Positions 10,717 to 19,672 of a DNA stretch of 45,604 bases are shown one piece after another; positions within the stretch are counted from its first letter, which is position 1; each line of letters begins with the position of its first letter. The DNA lies in NCBI GenBank assembly GCA_002688135.1, contig NZCD01000069.1:1-45604 (forward strand). The letters are read 5' to 3'. Under the pieces are notes generated by a model, which was not told the origin of the DNA, did no database searches, and worked only from the letters and a program-made list of their open reading frames with translations. Origin of the DNA: Parcubacteria group bacterium. Its GTDB lineage: Bacteria > Patescibacteriota > Patescibacteriia > Magasanikbacterales > GCA-002688135. Position numbers and translations under genes: made by a program.

Positions 10717-11541
10717 ATGAAAATTGGAGCACATGTTTCTATTGCGGGTGGGATTGATAATGCGCCTGGGCGGGCGGCTGAATTGGGTTGTGAGGTTTTT
10801 CAGATTTTTTCTCGTTCTCCTCAAGGTGGGCCGGCTCCGAAATTGACTTCTGAATTAGTTGATAATTTTTTGGCGGAATGTGAGAAATATAAGATGGAAG
10901 AGTGGGTTGTGCATACGCCGTATTATATTAATTTGGCGAATGCGAAAGAGCTGACACGGAAAAATTCTGTGAGGATTATTCGTGAGGAATTGGAACAGGC
11001 GAGTGTGATTGGCGCTGCTTATGTGATGACACATATCGGAAGTTCGCGTGATGCTGGCCCGAAAGAAAGCTTGAAGTTGTGTGTTGAGGGTATAAAGAAA
11101 ATTATGGATGGATATGATGGTTCTGCGAAATTTTTAATTGAGATTGCTGCTGGTTCTGGACATGTTATTGGTGGAACATTTGAGGAGATCGCTGAAATAA
11201 TCGAAAAGTCTAGTACTGATGTGAATGTTTGTTTTGATACACAACATGCATTTGGCGCAGGATATGATTTATCTACAAAAGCTGGTGTGAAGAAAACACT
11301 CGACCATTTCGATGCGACTGTTGGGTTAGATAAGCTCAAAATTTCACATTGTAATGATTCAAAAGTAGAACTTGGATCGCAGAAAGATCGACATGAGCAT
11401 ATTGGAGAAGGATTTATTGGAGTGAAAGGATTTGAAGCGTGGTTTGCTGATAAACGCACAAAAGATATTAATCTCTATTTGGAAACAAAACACGACGCAG
11501 TTGAAAAGGATTTGAAATATTTGAAGAAGCTCCGCGGCTGA
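10717..11541 (+). CDS. nfo: Endonuclease IV
   Basis: IGAHVSIAGG, HTPYYINLA, CFDTQHAFGAGY, HCNDSK, DRHEHIGEG. Confidence 0.96.
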   Translation: MKIGAHVSIAGGIDNAPGRAAELGCEVFQIFSRSPQGGPAPKLTSELVDNFLAECEKYKMEEWVVHTPYYINLANAKELTRKNSVRIIREELEQASVIGAAYVMTHIGSSRDAGPKESLKLCVEGIKKIMDGYDGSAKFLIEIAAGSGHVIGGTFEEIAEIIEKSSTDVNVCFDTQHAFGAGYDLSTKAGVKKTLDHFDATVGLDKLKISHCNDSKVELGSQKDRHEHIGEGFIGVKGFEAWFADKRTKDINLYLETKHDAVEKDLKYLKKLRG

Positions 11542-11548
11542 CCAATGT

Positions 11549-11671
11549 GTCATCCTGAGCGTTTGTTCTTAAGATCGTTTCATTTGAGCCTGTCCTCGCG
11601 AAGGCGGGGGAAGGATCTCGAGAGTATACTGAAACCAGACGGGATCCTTCGACTAAAACGCTCAGGATGAC
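11549..11671. repeat. Nested palindromic repeat (GTCATCCTGAGCG...CGCTCAGGATGAC)
   Basis: Terminal inverted repeat, inner gaaggatc/gatccttc pair, and an embedded cctgtcctcgcgaaggcgggg unit. Confidence 0.8.
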
Positions 11672-11745
11672 ACGTTTAGTGGCGCAGGTTGACCAATCAT
11701 TCAGTTTGTCCTAGTATTTCTGCAGATCATTTAGAAAAGGATGGA

Positions 11746-12141
11746 ATGATGAGCGTGAGACTGAAGATCAAAACACCCCGACAAACCTTTGAGCGGATCT
11801 TGACTCTGGTAAATAACGATACGCGTGTACATACGCGAAACCCTGAACTTCGAGAGATTTCGTGTGGTGAGTTGAGTGATGAAATTCTTGGGCGCGTTGT
11901 GGCTCTTGGTGGGGCAGTCAACAAGGAAGATCCTTTTGATTGGGAAAACACGGATAAATTCATTCACTTTGAGTTTGATGGTCGGCATTATGGTGCAAAG
12001 CGTGGAGAATTTCTTAAAACCGGTTCTGTGCTCTTGCCCGAAGGTTTTGTAGTGCGTGTTAACAGCTGGAATGAGACCGAACCACCGACACCACGAACAT
12101 GGTCTGTTGTTCCGATGGCGAAAGCGTTTCTGCTTCCATAG
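11746..12141 (+). CDS. Hypothetical protein
   Basis: ORF 11689-12141; ATG at ~11746 after aaaggatgga is the likelier start; no recognised motif. Confidence 0.55.
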   Translation: MMSVRLKIKTPRQTFERILTLVNNDTRVHTRNPELREISCGELSDEILGRVVALGGAVNKEDPFDWENTDKFIHFEFDGRHYGAKRGEFLKTGSVLLPEGFVVRVNSWNETEPPTPRTWSVVPMAKAFLLP

Positions 12142-12156
12142 CATTTAGGACATACC

Positions 12157-12429
12157 ATGCATCGATATTACAGAGAGCAACACATGCGATCTGTTCAGGC
12201 GAAGTGGGAGGAATCTACTTTTCTTGATTGGGTAGCTCGTGTGTTTCATTTGGATCGTTCGTTGATTTCTCTTGATACGGTTGTGCCGTCTACATCTTCA
12301 ATAGATGTGATTATCGACCATCTTGTGTGGGATCAATGTTCGACCGACAGAAGTCTTCTCCCAAGCGATCGCCTTCCTACATTCAAAGAAGTACGCAATG
12401 TTTTCTATAACATTTCTGGTGGAGATTAA
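12157..12429 (+). CDS. Hypothetical protein
   Basis: AGGA RBS then ATG; closely follows the previous ORF. Confidence 0.5.
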   Translation: MHRYYREQHMRSVQAKWEESTFLDWVARVFHLDRSLISLDTVVPSTSSIDVIIDHLVWDQCSTDRSLLPSDRLPTFKEVRNVFYNISGGD

Positions 12430-12502
12430 TTCCTCCACACTTCCCGCAATGCGGGATTTTTTAATACTTAGTTTCAAAAAATCCGACCGTAGTCGGAGAT
12501 GT

Positions 12503-13171
12503 CTAGCGAAAGAATAGTTCCTGTGGATGGAGCCTGTTTGTTCGCAGTTTTTTCCACCATTTCACTCTGTGGGGTGGGGCGGCGGTGTATTTCCAATATG
12601 CCGTGCCCGCGAGGTTTGGTATTGCGGGTATGTATGGTCCGATTTTATCCGTTCTTGCGCCGAGGCTCTGGTATCGAGGATTTTGGATGGTTCCATTCTC
12701 ATCGATTTCATCGGTATTCATACCAAGAGTCGACGTGATGCATCTAGAGCAAAACGGACTCATGTATCCCTTAGGATTTCTCCATAACTTGCAGTTTGTG
12801 GCACCACATTTTCCACATCGATAGCTATCTGGCACACCAATTTCTGTGAATTCGACAGCCTCATCTGCTTTATCTGGAAGTCGACACCACCAGCCCACTG
12901 CTTCGTCTGGTGATTCGCCATATTCCCAATAACCTAGGTTGTTGTCATATGGAATTGCTGCCATATACCAAACCTTTCCTGATCTGCGTGCATTTTCTAT
13001 TCCATCATTACTGTTTTCAACTACAACACCCTGCTTTCCATCAACACAGTTTACACACAACAACTTTACGGTCCTTGACCAATCATACTCTCGAAACAAC
13101 TTGCAATTCGTTTTACCACACTCCAAACAGATATAATTATCTGGAACTTCATTCTTACTGTAACTCAACAT
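12503..13171 (-). CDS. Hypothetical protein with two CxxC...CxxC...PAIP...WWxxL domains
   Basis: Internal duplication visible in the translation; AGGAG RBS. Confidence 0.8.
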   Translation of the reverse strand: MLSYSKNEVPDNYICLECGKTNCKLFREYDWSRTVKLLCVNCVDGKQGVVVENSNDGIENARRSGKVWYMAAIPYDNNLGYWEYGESPDEAVGWWCRLPDKADEAVEFTEIGVPDSYRCGKCGATNCKLWRNPKGYMSPFCSRCITSTLGMNTDEIDENGTIQNPRYQSLGARTDKIGPYIPAIPNLAGTAYWKYTAAPPHRVKWWKKLRTNRLHPQELFFR

Positions 13172-13183
13172 CAGATTTTTCTC

Positions 13184-13882
13184 CTATTGAAAGAATGCTT
13201 CTTGTGGATGCGATTGATCTTCGGGGAGTCGGTTCCACCAATCAAGCATTTCTTGTTTTACTTCATAGATAAATATGATATCACCAGCAAATCTTGATCC
13301 CGGAATTGCTGGAATCCAGTCTGTTACACGGAGTCTTATTTTCATCACTACTACCACAACACCCTCCTCGTTATTACCGCTCTCACTCTTATCAACAATG
13401 ATTTCGGGTTTCACAGCACAGGCAGTACAGTGCATCTCATTTTTTTCATTTTCCCATAATCGGATTCCCGCTTGTTCGCACCTGCTGCATGTGTACCAAT
13501 CAGGAAAATCTGAAGATGAGTAATCGAATGCGTTTTCAGCTATTTCTTCTGAGTCGATGACGCCTAATTCACGAAATGCTGGAACTAGTTCTTTTGGTAG
13601 CTTCCAATCTTGAATATTCTCTTTAGCATATTGATATCCAAAATGAAATCGACACCGTGCACCTTTTCTTTCTGGATCCTTTTTTCGATCCATCGCATAA
13701 CATCTACCAGCAGGTCCTCCAAGGAAATTACTACAGTCCTCCGGGCGCGCAATGGTCTTATCATCTTCACGACGGACTATTCCAATACTTATTTTAAGTC
13801 CTCCATCTGTAAGAACTGTGTTGCCGTCAAAATCACAGCCCTTGCACGCCACCACTACTTCTCTTTTTATTCTTACCGTCAT
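13184..13882 (-). CDS. Hypothetical Cys-rich protein, paralogous C-terminal domain to 12503-13171
   Basis: PDWYTCSRC...HCTAC...WIPAIP...WWNRLP; AGGAG RBS. Confidence 0.75.
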   Translation of the reverse strand: MTVRIKREVVVACKGCDFDGNTVLTDGGLKISIGIVRREDDKTIARPEDCSNFLGGPAGRCYAMDRKKDPERKGARCRFHFGYQYAKENIQDWKLPKELVPAFRELGVIDSEEIAENAFDYSSSDFPDWYTCSRCEQAGIRLWENEKNEMHCTACAVKPEIIVDKSESGNNEEGVVVVVMKIRLRVTDWIPAIPGSRFAGDIIFIYEVKQEMLDWWNRLPEDQSHPQEAFFQ

Positions 13883-13948
13883 TTACCCAATCTCCTTATT
13901 ATGAAAGAACCTTTCTAATATATGGTATTTTACTTGTTTTGTCAATAG

Positions 13949-14197
13949 TTAAGCCGGGTCATTCCCGCCTTTATTCCAGGGGTTGCAGCGGAGGATTCTG
14001 TAGAGTGTTTTTATAGATCCTTTTAGTAATCCGTGTTTTTTTATTGATTCGTATCCGTATTGCGAGCATGTTGGATTGAATCTGCAGTATCCGTGTGGGA
14101 AGAATTTTTTGAGTGGGCCGTGGTCTGGGGAGAGTGTTTTTTGATATATGCAGACTAAAAACATTCCGACGTGACGAGGTATATGTAGAATGTTCAT
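13949..14197 (-). CDS. yidD: Membrane protein insertion efficiency factor YidD
   Basis: YQKTLSPDHG, CRFNPTCSQY, RILRCNPWNKGGNDP; start moved to ATG 14197. Confidence 0.93.
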   Translation of the reverse strand: MNILHIPRHVGMFLVCIYQKTLSPDHGPLKKFFPHGYCRFNPTCSQYGYESIKKHGLLKGSIKTLYRILRCNPWNKGGNDPA

Positions 14198-14207
14198 GAG
14201 AATGAAG

Positions 14208-14345
14208 TCAAAAGTAAAAGCTAAAAAGTAAAAACCACAATTCAAAGTTCAAAACAAACGAGCATAGCGAGTCATCCCGTAGTCGTACGGAATCCATTAT
14301 GAAGATACCACGAACGGCATGGATCCCGTACGACTACGGGATGAC
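14208..14345. repeat. Composite element: A-rich ~7-mer tract plus GTCATYCCGTAGTCGTACGGAATC inverted doublet
   Basis: Near-identical composites at 14864-15004 and 19398-19538; variant at 23666-23806. Confidence 0.85.
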
Positions 14346-14353
14346 AGTTGGTG

Positions 14354-14734
14354 TTAATTTAGTTTTGAGATGAGTTGCTTCATGTTTTCCATGACATCCT
14401 TATATGAAGCTGCGCGTTCTGGAGGGGTTTTTTGTCCTTCTACTTTTGCTTTGGTGTATGTGATAGATGCGGTTCGTGCTTGAATTACTACATCATAACC
14501 TTTTGGTACTGTTTCAAGGATTTCTCGTAATGATTCTCGTACGCGTCGTTTTATTAGATTACGAACTGTAGCGCGTTTTGCTACTTTTGTGCTTACTACT
14601 ACTGCGAAGCGTGTTTGTTCTGCGTTTGTTTGTAGAATTTGGAAACGAAAAAGCGGCGTCATCATGCGCCGCCCTTTTTTGAATACTTTTTTTATATCCT
14701 TCTCTGCTCTTAGCCTGTTTGCTTTTGGGAGCAT
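14354..14734 (-). CDS. rnpA: Ribonuclease P protein component
   Basis: MLPKANRLR, RFAVVVSTKVAKRATVRNLIKRRVRE; synteny with rpmH and yidD. Confidence 0.96.
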   Translation of the reverse strand: MLPKANRLRAEKDIKKVFKKGRRMMTPLFRFQILQTNAEQTRFAVVVSTKVAKRATVRNLIKRRVRESLREILETVPKGYDVVIQARTASITYTKAKVEGQKTPPERAASYKDVMENMKQLISKLN

Positions 14735-14785
14735 ATTTGTACTTTTTATCTTGGTTTTTACAAAATTTAAATTTTCGGTTACTTA

Positions 14786-14860
14786 TTAACGCAAACTATA
14801 TTCCGTTTCACTGCATATAGGTTTGCTTTCAGCTCGTAGCCGATTTTGTTTCGGGAGCAT
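14786..14860 (-). pseudogene. Truncated duplicate of the rnpA 5' end (MLPKQNRLRAE) fused to a hairpin element
   Basis: 10 of the first 11 aa match RnpA, then the frame enters gcaaacctatatg...atatagtttgc and stops. Confidence 0.8.
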
Positions 14861-15010
14861 GTTTCAAGATTAAAGATAAAAGCGAAAAATGCAAAACTAC
14901 AGATCAAAATTCAAAGATGTTGTTCACTGTCATTCCGTAGTCGTACGGAATCCATGCTGTTTTGTGCCGTATATTTGATGGATCCCGTACGACTACGGGA
15001 TGACAAATGA

Positions 15011-15148
15011 CTACGCTGCCAATGATTTTCGGCCTTTTGCTCGGCGTCTTTTTAGGATGTTTCGTCCTCCTGGAGTGTTGGTTCGTGCACGAAAACCATG
15101 CTTTCTGGCACGTTTTTTTACTTTTGGTTGATACGTTCGTTTGGGCAT
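15011..15148 (-). CDS. rpmH: 50S ribosomal protein L34
   Basis: [22 protein letters not shown]...[10 protein letters not shown]. Confidence 0.97.
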   Translation of the reverse strand: MPKRTYQPKVKKRARKHGFRARTNTPGGRNILKRRRAKGRKSLAA

Positions 15149-15269
15149 ATATTTAGGATTGAGAGGTGAGGGGTGAGGATTGAGTCCCTGCATTCAGGTT
15201 TTGTGGGGGTATACTAACATTGTGGTTTATGTTTGGCAAGAGATGGGATATAAACTTAAAATTGTGCTC

Positions 15270-15420
15270 GTGTGGACAAAGGTTGACAGAATCCACAGCT
15301 CGCGATAGGCTTAAATTCTAGCTATTGTTAGCGAATTAATATATTTTTAAAAATATATTCACACCTGTTTTTAGTATTTATCCACACTATCCACAGGTTT
15401 TCCACATGGTACACACATAT
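15270..15420. promoter_or_regulatory. DnaA boxes upstream of dnaA (oriC part 1)
   Basis: TTATCCACA at 15379, CTATCCACA, TTTTCCACA, TGTGGACAA. Confidence 0.8.
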
Positions 15421-15610
15421 CGTAAACAGTTGACCCTTTTCAAAGAATATTTTGTGATGTATCATCGAAAGACTTATGATTTCATAAATGAAATCAGTAA
15501 TGCGTAAGGAGTAATGCGTAATGAGAGAAAGCCTTCGGCTTTTGCCGCCGACGGCGACCGCTTTACGCCTTACTAATTACTCTTTACTAAAATGTGATAA
15601 TGACCTCTTT

Positions 15611-17008
15611 ATGATGACGAACGAATCAATCTGGCAAGCAGTACTTGCTGAACTCGAACTTGAACTCTCAAAAGCGAATTTCACCACGTGGTTTCGCAAT
15701 ACTTCGTTGTCTTTAATGGAGAATAATGAGGTTTCGGTTTATGTTCCAAATAACTTCACCAAATCTTGGTTGGAGAAAAAGTATCACACATCTATATTAA
15801 AAACTCTCGAACAGGTTTTGGGGGCTCGAATTCAGAAGGTTGCGTATTGCGTTGAAAAAAATCCGCAAAAGACTCAAGCCTCTTTTATCACACAAGGTTT
15901 CACTTTCAATCACGATTCTGCAGACAATTCACTTACTGTTGGCCCACAGACTCCTGTGGTTCAGCAAAATCCAAATGCGCGCGGCTTACACCCGCGTTAT
16001 GTTTTTGATAATTTTATTGTGAGTAAAAGTAATGAGTTGGCACATGCTGCAGCGCAGGCTGTTGTATCGAATCCTGGTGCTTCTTATAACCCCCTCTTTA
16101 TATACGGAGGAGTTGGTCTTGGGAAAACTCATTTAATGCAGGCAATTGGACACTCTGTGTTAACTCAGAATTCAGAGGCTAAAGTATTGTATGTATCTTG
16201 TGAAACATTCACGAATGATTTTATTCATGCGGTTCGAAATGGTGTTGCTAAGGAATTTAAAGATCGATATCGAAATGTAGATGTTTTGATTGTTGATGAT
16301 ATTCAATTTATTACTGGTAAAGAGGGGACGCAGGAAGAATTCTTTCACACCTTTAATGCGCTTCATCAGCAAGACAAGCAGATTATTATTTCATGTGATC
16401 GTCCACCAAAAGCAATTCCTGCTTTAGAGCAACGATTACTCTCTCGTTTTGAGTGGGGGATGATCGCAGACATTTCATTTCCTAATGTTGAAACACGTGT
16501 TGCTATTTTGGAAGCGCGTTGCAGCGAGCGTGGTATTAAAGTGCCATCAGATATTTTACATACGATTGCGAATCACATTCAAAATAATATCCGAGAGTTA
16601 GAAGGTGCTTTGAATAAAATTATTGCTACAATTGAAATGCATAAGACTGAACCAACGAAAGAAATGGTTGAGCAGGTTTTGGGGAGCATTAAGGCATCGC
16701 GTACTATTCATTCTGTGTCGCCTAAGGAATTGATTAGAGTTGTTTCTGAATATTTTGATGTAGGTATTGATGATATGGTTGGTAAGAGCCGTGAGAAGCG
16801 TATTGCGTTTCCTCGTCAGATTATTATGTATTTGTTGCGTAAGGAGATGAAGAACTCATATCCGTCGATTGGTGCTGAATTGGGTGGACGAGATCATACT
16901 ACAGCGATTCATGCGTATGAGAAGATTCGAAAGGCGGTTGAGGTTGATAATAAGTTGAAGGCGGATATTCAGTATATTAAGGAGCGGTTGTATACGCCGG
17001 CGGCTTAG
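15611..17008 (+). CDS. dnaA: Chromosomal replication initiator DnaA
   Basis: YNPLFIYGGVGLGKTHL, DDIQF, QEEFFHTFN, GGRDHTT; start set at ATG 15611 because the upstream extension is repeat DNA. Confidence 0.98.
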   Translation: MMTNESIWQAVLAELELELSKANFTTWFRNTSLSLMENNEVSVYVPNNFTKSWLEKKYHTSILKTLEQVLGARIQKVAYCVEKNPQKTQASFITQGFTFNHDSADNSLTVGPQTPVVQQNPNARGLHPRYVFDNFIVSKSNELAHAAAQAVVSNPGASYNPLFIYGGVGLGKTHLMQAIGHSVLTQNSEAKVLYVSCETFTNDFIHAVRNGVAKEFKDRYRNVDVLIVDDIQFITGKEGTQEEFFHTFNALHQQDKQIIISCDRPPKAIPALEQRLLSRFEWGMIADISFPNVETRVAILEARCSERGIKVPSDILHTIANHIQNNIRELEGALNKIIATIEMHKTEPTKEMVEQVLGSIKASRTIHSVSPKELIRVVSEYFDVGIDDMVGKSREKRIAFPRQIIMYLLRKEMKNSYPSIGAELGGRDHTTAIHAYEKIRKAVEVDNKLKADIQYIKERLYTPAA

Positions 17009-17049
17009 TGAGGTGTAAGGTTTTAGGTGTAAGGTGTAAGGTTTTGCAC

Positions 17050-17295
17050 TTGTTGTTCACAGGGTACGCACATGTGATTAGACTGTTAGGGAGGTCGAGT
17101 AAGGTGTGATTAACAATTGAGTTGTTCACAGAAAAAAATAAGGGGTTAAGTTCATACACAATTCGTACACATGGCATTTCACAGTTGGTGTGTACAAATT
17201 ATTGTCTAAAATTAAAACAAAAAGTGAGTTGTTAGACTTATCCCGTGCCTTATTATTACTATTAGTTTAATTTATATATAAATATAATATAATAC
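17050..17295. other. oriC unwinding region (degenerate DnaA boxes, GC patch, DnaA-trios, AT-rich tract)
   Basis: TTGTTCACA twice, TCATACACA; ttatcccgtgccc-ttattattactattag-tttaatttatatataaatataatataata, laid out like the B. subtilis dnaA-dnaN origin. Confidence 0.75.
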
Positions 17296-17347
17296 ATTTT
17301 CAGAAATGAGAGAGAAGGGGGAGTTATAAACCTAAGAAAGGAAGAAT

Positions 17348-18472
17348 ATGAAGTTCTCATGCACAAAGGAGAATTTACTCAAAGCGTTAACATGTACTGG
17401 ATACGTATCTGGTAAACAAGTGAACTTGCCGATATTGCAAAATGTGTTGATATCAATGAAGAACACAGAAACGAAGATTGTATCGACTAATTTGGAGATT
17501 GCGGTTTCAGCGCAGTTGCGAGCGAAGGTTGAGACTGATGGAGAGTTTACTGTTCCGGCGAGAGTATTTTTGGAATATATGTCGAATGTTCCAGGGGATC
17601 GTGTTGATATTGAATTGCATGATTCTGGATTGGGTGTTCAGATGGGGCATTCTAAGACTGTGTTGAAGGGGATGGAGGCGACGGAGTTTCCTCTGATTCC
17701 AGGAATAGAAGGTGATGTTGTATTTGAATTAGATGCGAAGGTTTTGTTGAATGCGTTGCATCAAGTTTTATTTGCAGCTTCTAAGAGTGATGTTCGTCTG
17801 GAATTGTCTGGTGTGTTATTTCATTGTAATCCACCTGAAGGAAAACAAAATTTAGTATTGGCGGCGACAGATAGTTTTCGGTTAGCTGAAAAGAAAATTA
17901 CGTTTAAGAGTGGTGGAACTGAAGAGAAGCGTGTGATTGTTCCATCTAGAACTGTTGCTGAATTGGTTCGTATTATAAATGTTTCTTCAAAAGAAATTGA
18001 TAGTGTGACGATGCGTGTTTCTGATCATCAGATTGTATTTGTGTGTGGTGGTGTGCAAATTACATCGCGATTAACTGAAGGGAATTATCCGAATTATGAA
18101 CATATTATCCCCAAAGAATCGAATGTTGAAATGAGTGCTTTGAAGGATGATGTTGTGAAACAAGTTAAGGGTGCGAGTTTGTTTACTACGAAGGGGATTG
18201 GTGCGGTGCGGATGAAATTTGTGGCAGCTGAAAATAAAATAAATATTACATCGACGAATGCGCAGACGGGGGAACATGCTGGGAGTGTTGTTGCGGAAGG
18301 AAAAGGTGATGAAGTTGAGATGTATTTGAATCATCGATATATTTTGGATGGGTTGGGTGTGATTGATAATGAGCGGGTTGTTTTTTCTGCGCAGTCTACT
18401 GATGCGCCGTTAGTGATGCGCCCACAAATGGATAAAGATTATCTGTACATGATAATGCCGATTAAACAGTAA
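17348..18472 (+). CDS. dnaN: DNA polymerase III beta clamp
   Basis: LPILQNVLI, STNLE, ATDSFRLAE, GNYPNY, YMIMPI. Confidence 0.97.
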   Translation: MKFSCTKENLLKALTCTGYVSGKQVNLPILQNVLISMKNTETKIVSTNLEIAVSAQLRAKVETDGEFTVPARVFLEYMSNVPGDRVDIELHDSGLGVQMGHSKTVLKGMEATEFPLIPGIEGDVVFELDAKVLLNALHQVLFAASKSDVRLELSGVLFHCNPPEGKQNLVLAATDSFRLAEKKITFKSGGTEEKRVIVPSRTVAELVRIINVSSKEIDSVTMRVSDHQIVFVCGGVQITSRLTEGNYPNYEHIIPKESNVEMSALKDDVVKQVKGASLFTTKGIGAVRMKFVAAENKINITSTNAQTGEHAGSVVAEGKGDEVEMYLNHRYILDGLGVIDNERVVFSAQSTDAPLVMRPQMDKDYLYMIMPIKQ

Positions 18473-18543
18473 TTTTAGGTGCTAGATAAAACCACACAGA
18501 TTGTGTGGTTTTTGTGTTGTAATACTTTTTGTGATTTTGAAAA

Positions 18544-19392
18544 TTATTTAAGCGTGGTGTTAATTGTTTTGAGGAGGGGATGTTTGAGATTAATATGCGA
18601 TGTTTTTGTTGTGAAAATTCCGACAGTACGCGATATTTTAAATGAAATTTTTGTTTTGTGAAGAGATTTATTTTTTAGTTCGTCTGTGATTTGATGTTGT
18701 GGGAGAAGTGTTACGCCAGCTCCAGATTCTGCCATCTCTAGTAGAAAGTTTGGGTTAGTTGATTCAATGAGAATTTTTGGTGTGTAGTTGTTTTTTTGAA
18801 ATGTTGTGTCGATGTATGATCTTGTTGTTGATCCTGCATCATAAAGAATGAACGGGATTTCTTTTTTTGGATTCCATTTTTTTCCTGAAACAGGGATGAG
18901 TTCTTCGTCGTATGTTTTGAGGATTGTGATATTGTGGGGAGGCTTGTATTGTTGTGGGACAACACAAATACATATATCGAATAATCCTGCTTGGAGCCAT
19001 GAGAGCAAGTTTCTTGAATTATCGATTTTCATTTCGAAATGATACTCGTTTGTGTCGAGATTTTTTTTGAGAAAGTGGATTAGTTTGAGCGCTGCGGAAT
19101 CGTATAGACCGAGAGAAATAATTTGAGATCCACGAAGATTCGTCAGTTCGCTGGCGTTTTGTATTTTTTCCCAATTGTCGTTCATTCTTCTGGCGAGCTG
19201 GTATACGATTTGGCCTTCTTTGGACAGCTGTGGTGTTGGGGTGAGGGATGTGAACAGATTTAGCTGTAGGTGCTCTTGAAGGCGTTTGAGAGACTGTGAG
19301 ATGGCTGGTTGGGATATGTTGTGGGATTCGGCTGCTTTGGTTACGGAGCCTTTATGTACTATTGAGATGAATCGCTCCAGTTCGAGTAGCAT
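18544..19392 (-). CDS. LysR-family transcriptional regulator
   Basis: GSVTKAAESHNISQPAISQSLKRLQEHL HTH; C-terminal GAGVTLLP. Confidence 0.92.
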   Translation of the reverse strand: MLLELERFISIVHKGSVTKAAESHNISQPAISQSLKRLQEHLQLNLFTSLTPTPQLSKEGQIVYQLARRMNDNWEKIQNASELTNLRGSQIISLGLYDSAALKLIHFLKKNLDTNEYHFEMKIDNSRNLLSWLQAGLFDICICVVPQQYKPPHNITILKTYDEELIPVSGKKWNPKKEIPFILYDAGSTTRSYIDTTFQKNNYTPKILIESTNPNFLLEMAESGAGVTLLPQHQITDELKNKSLHKTKISFKISRTVGIFTTKTSHINLKHPLLKTINTTLK

Positions 19393-19548
19393 ATTTTTCA
19401 AGATCAAATATTAAAGCGAAAAGATTAAAACCACAGATCAAAATTTAAAGATTTTGTTCGTTGTCATTCCGTAGTCGTACGGAATCTATGTTGCTTTGTA
19501 TTGCTGACTTGATGGATCCCGTACGGCTACGGGATGACAATTATGTGG

Positions 19549-19563
19549 ATAAGCTGTGCTTAT
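19549..19563. promoter_or_regulatory. LysR-type T-N11-A box overlapping a DnaA-box-like TGTGGATAA
   Basis: ATAAG-CTGTG-CTTAT between the divergent lysR and ino1 genes. Confidence 0.6.
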
Positions 19564-19672
19564 AGTGGATAAGTATCATTAATTTGGATTATATATGAGT
19601 ATGGTATATAGTTCAAGCGTTCTTTACTTAACTGGATTTCCGCCTTTGCGGGAATGACAAAAGGAGAGTTTT

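Noticed and set aside
12157-12429. Acyl-carrier-like protein
   Set aside because: Faint resemblance only; no DSL attachment motif.
15521-15610. N-terminal extension of DnaA (similar extensions in rpmH, yidD, polA, the CotH gene and the 3D gene)
   Set aside because: These extensions are translations of heptamer or REP repeats; downstream ATGs fit the family starts.
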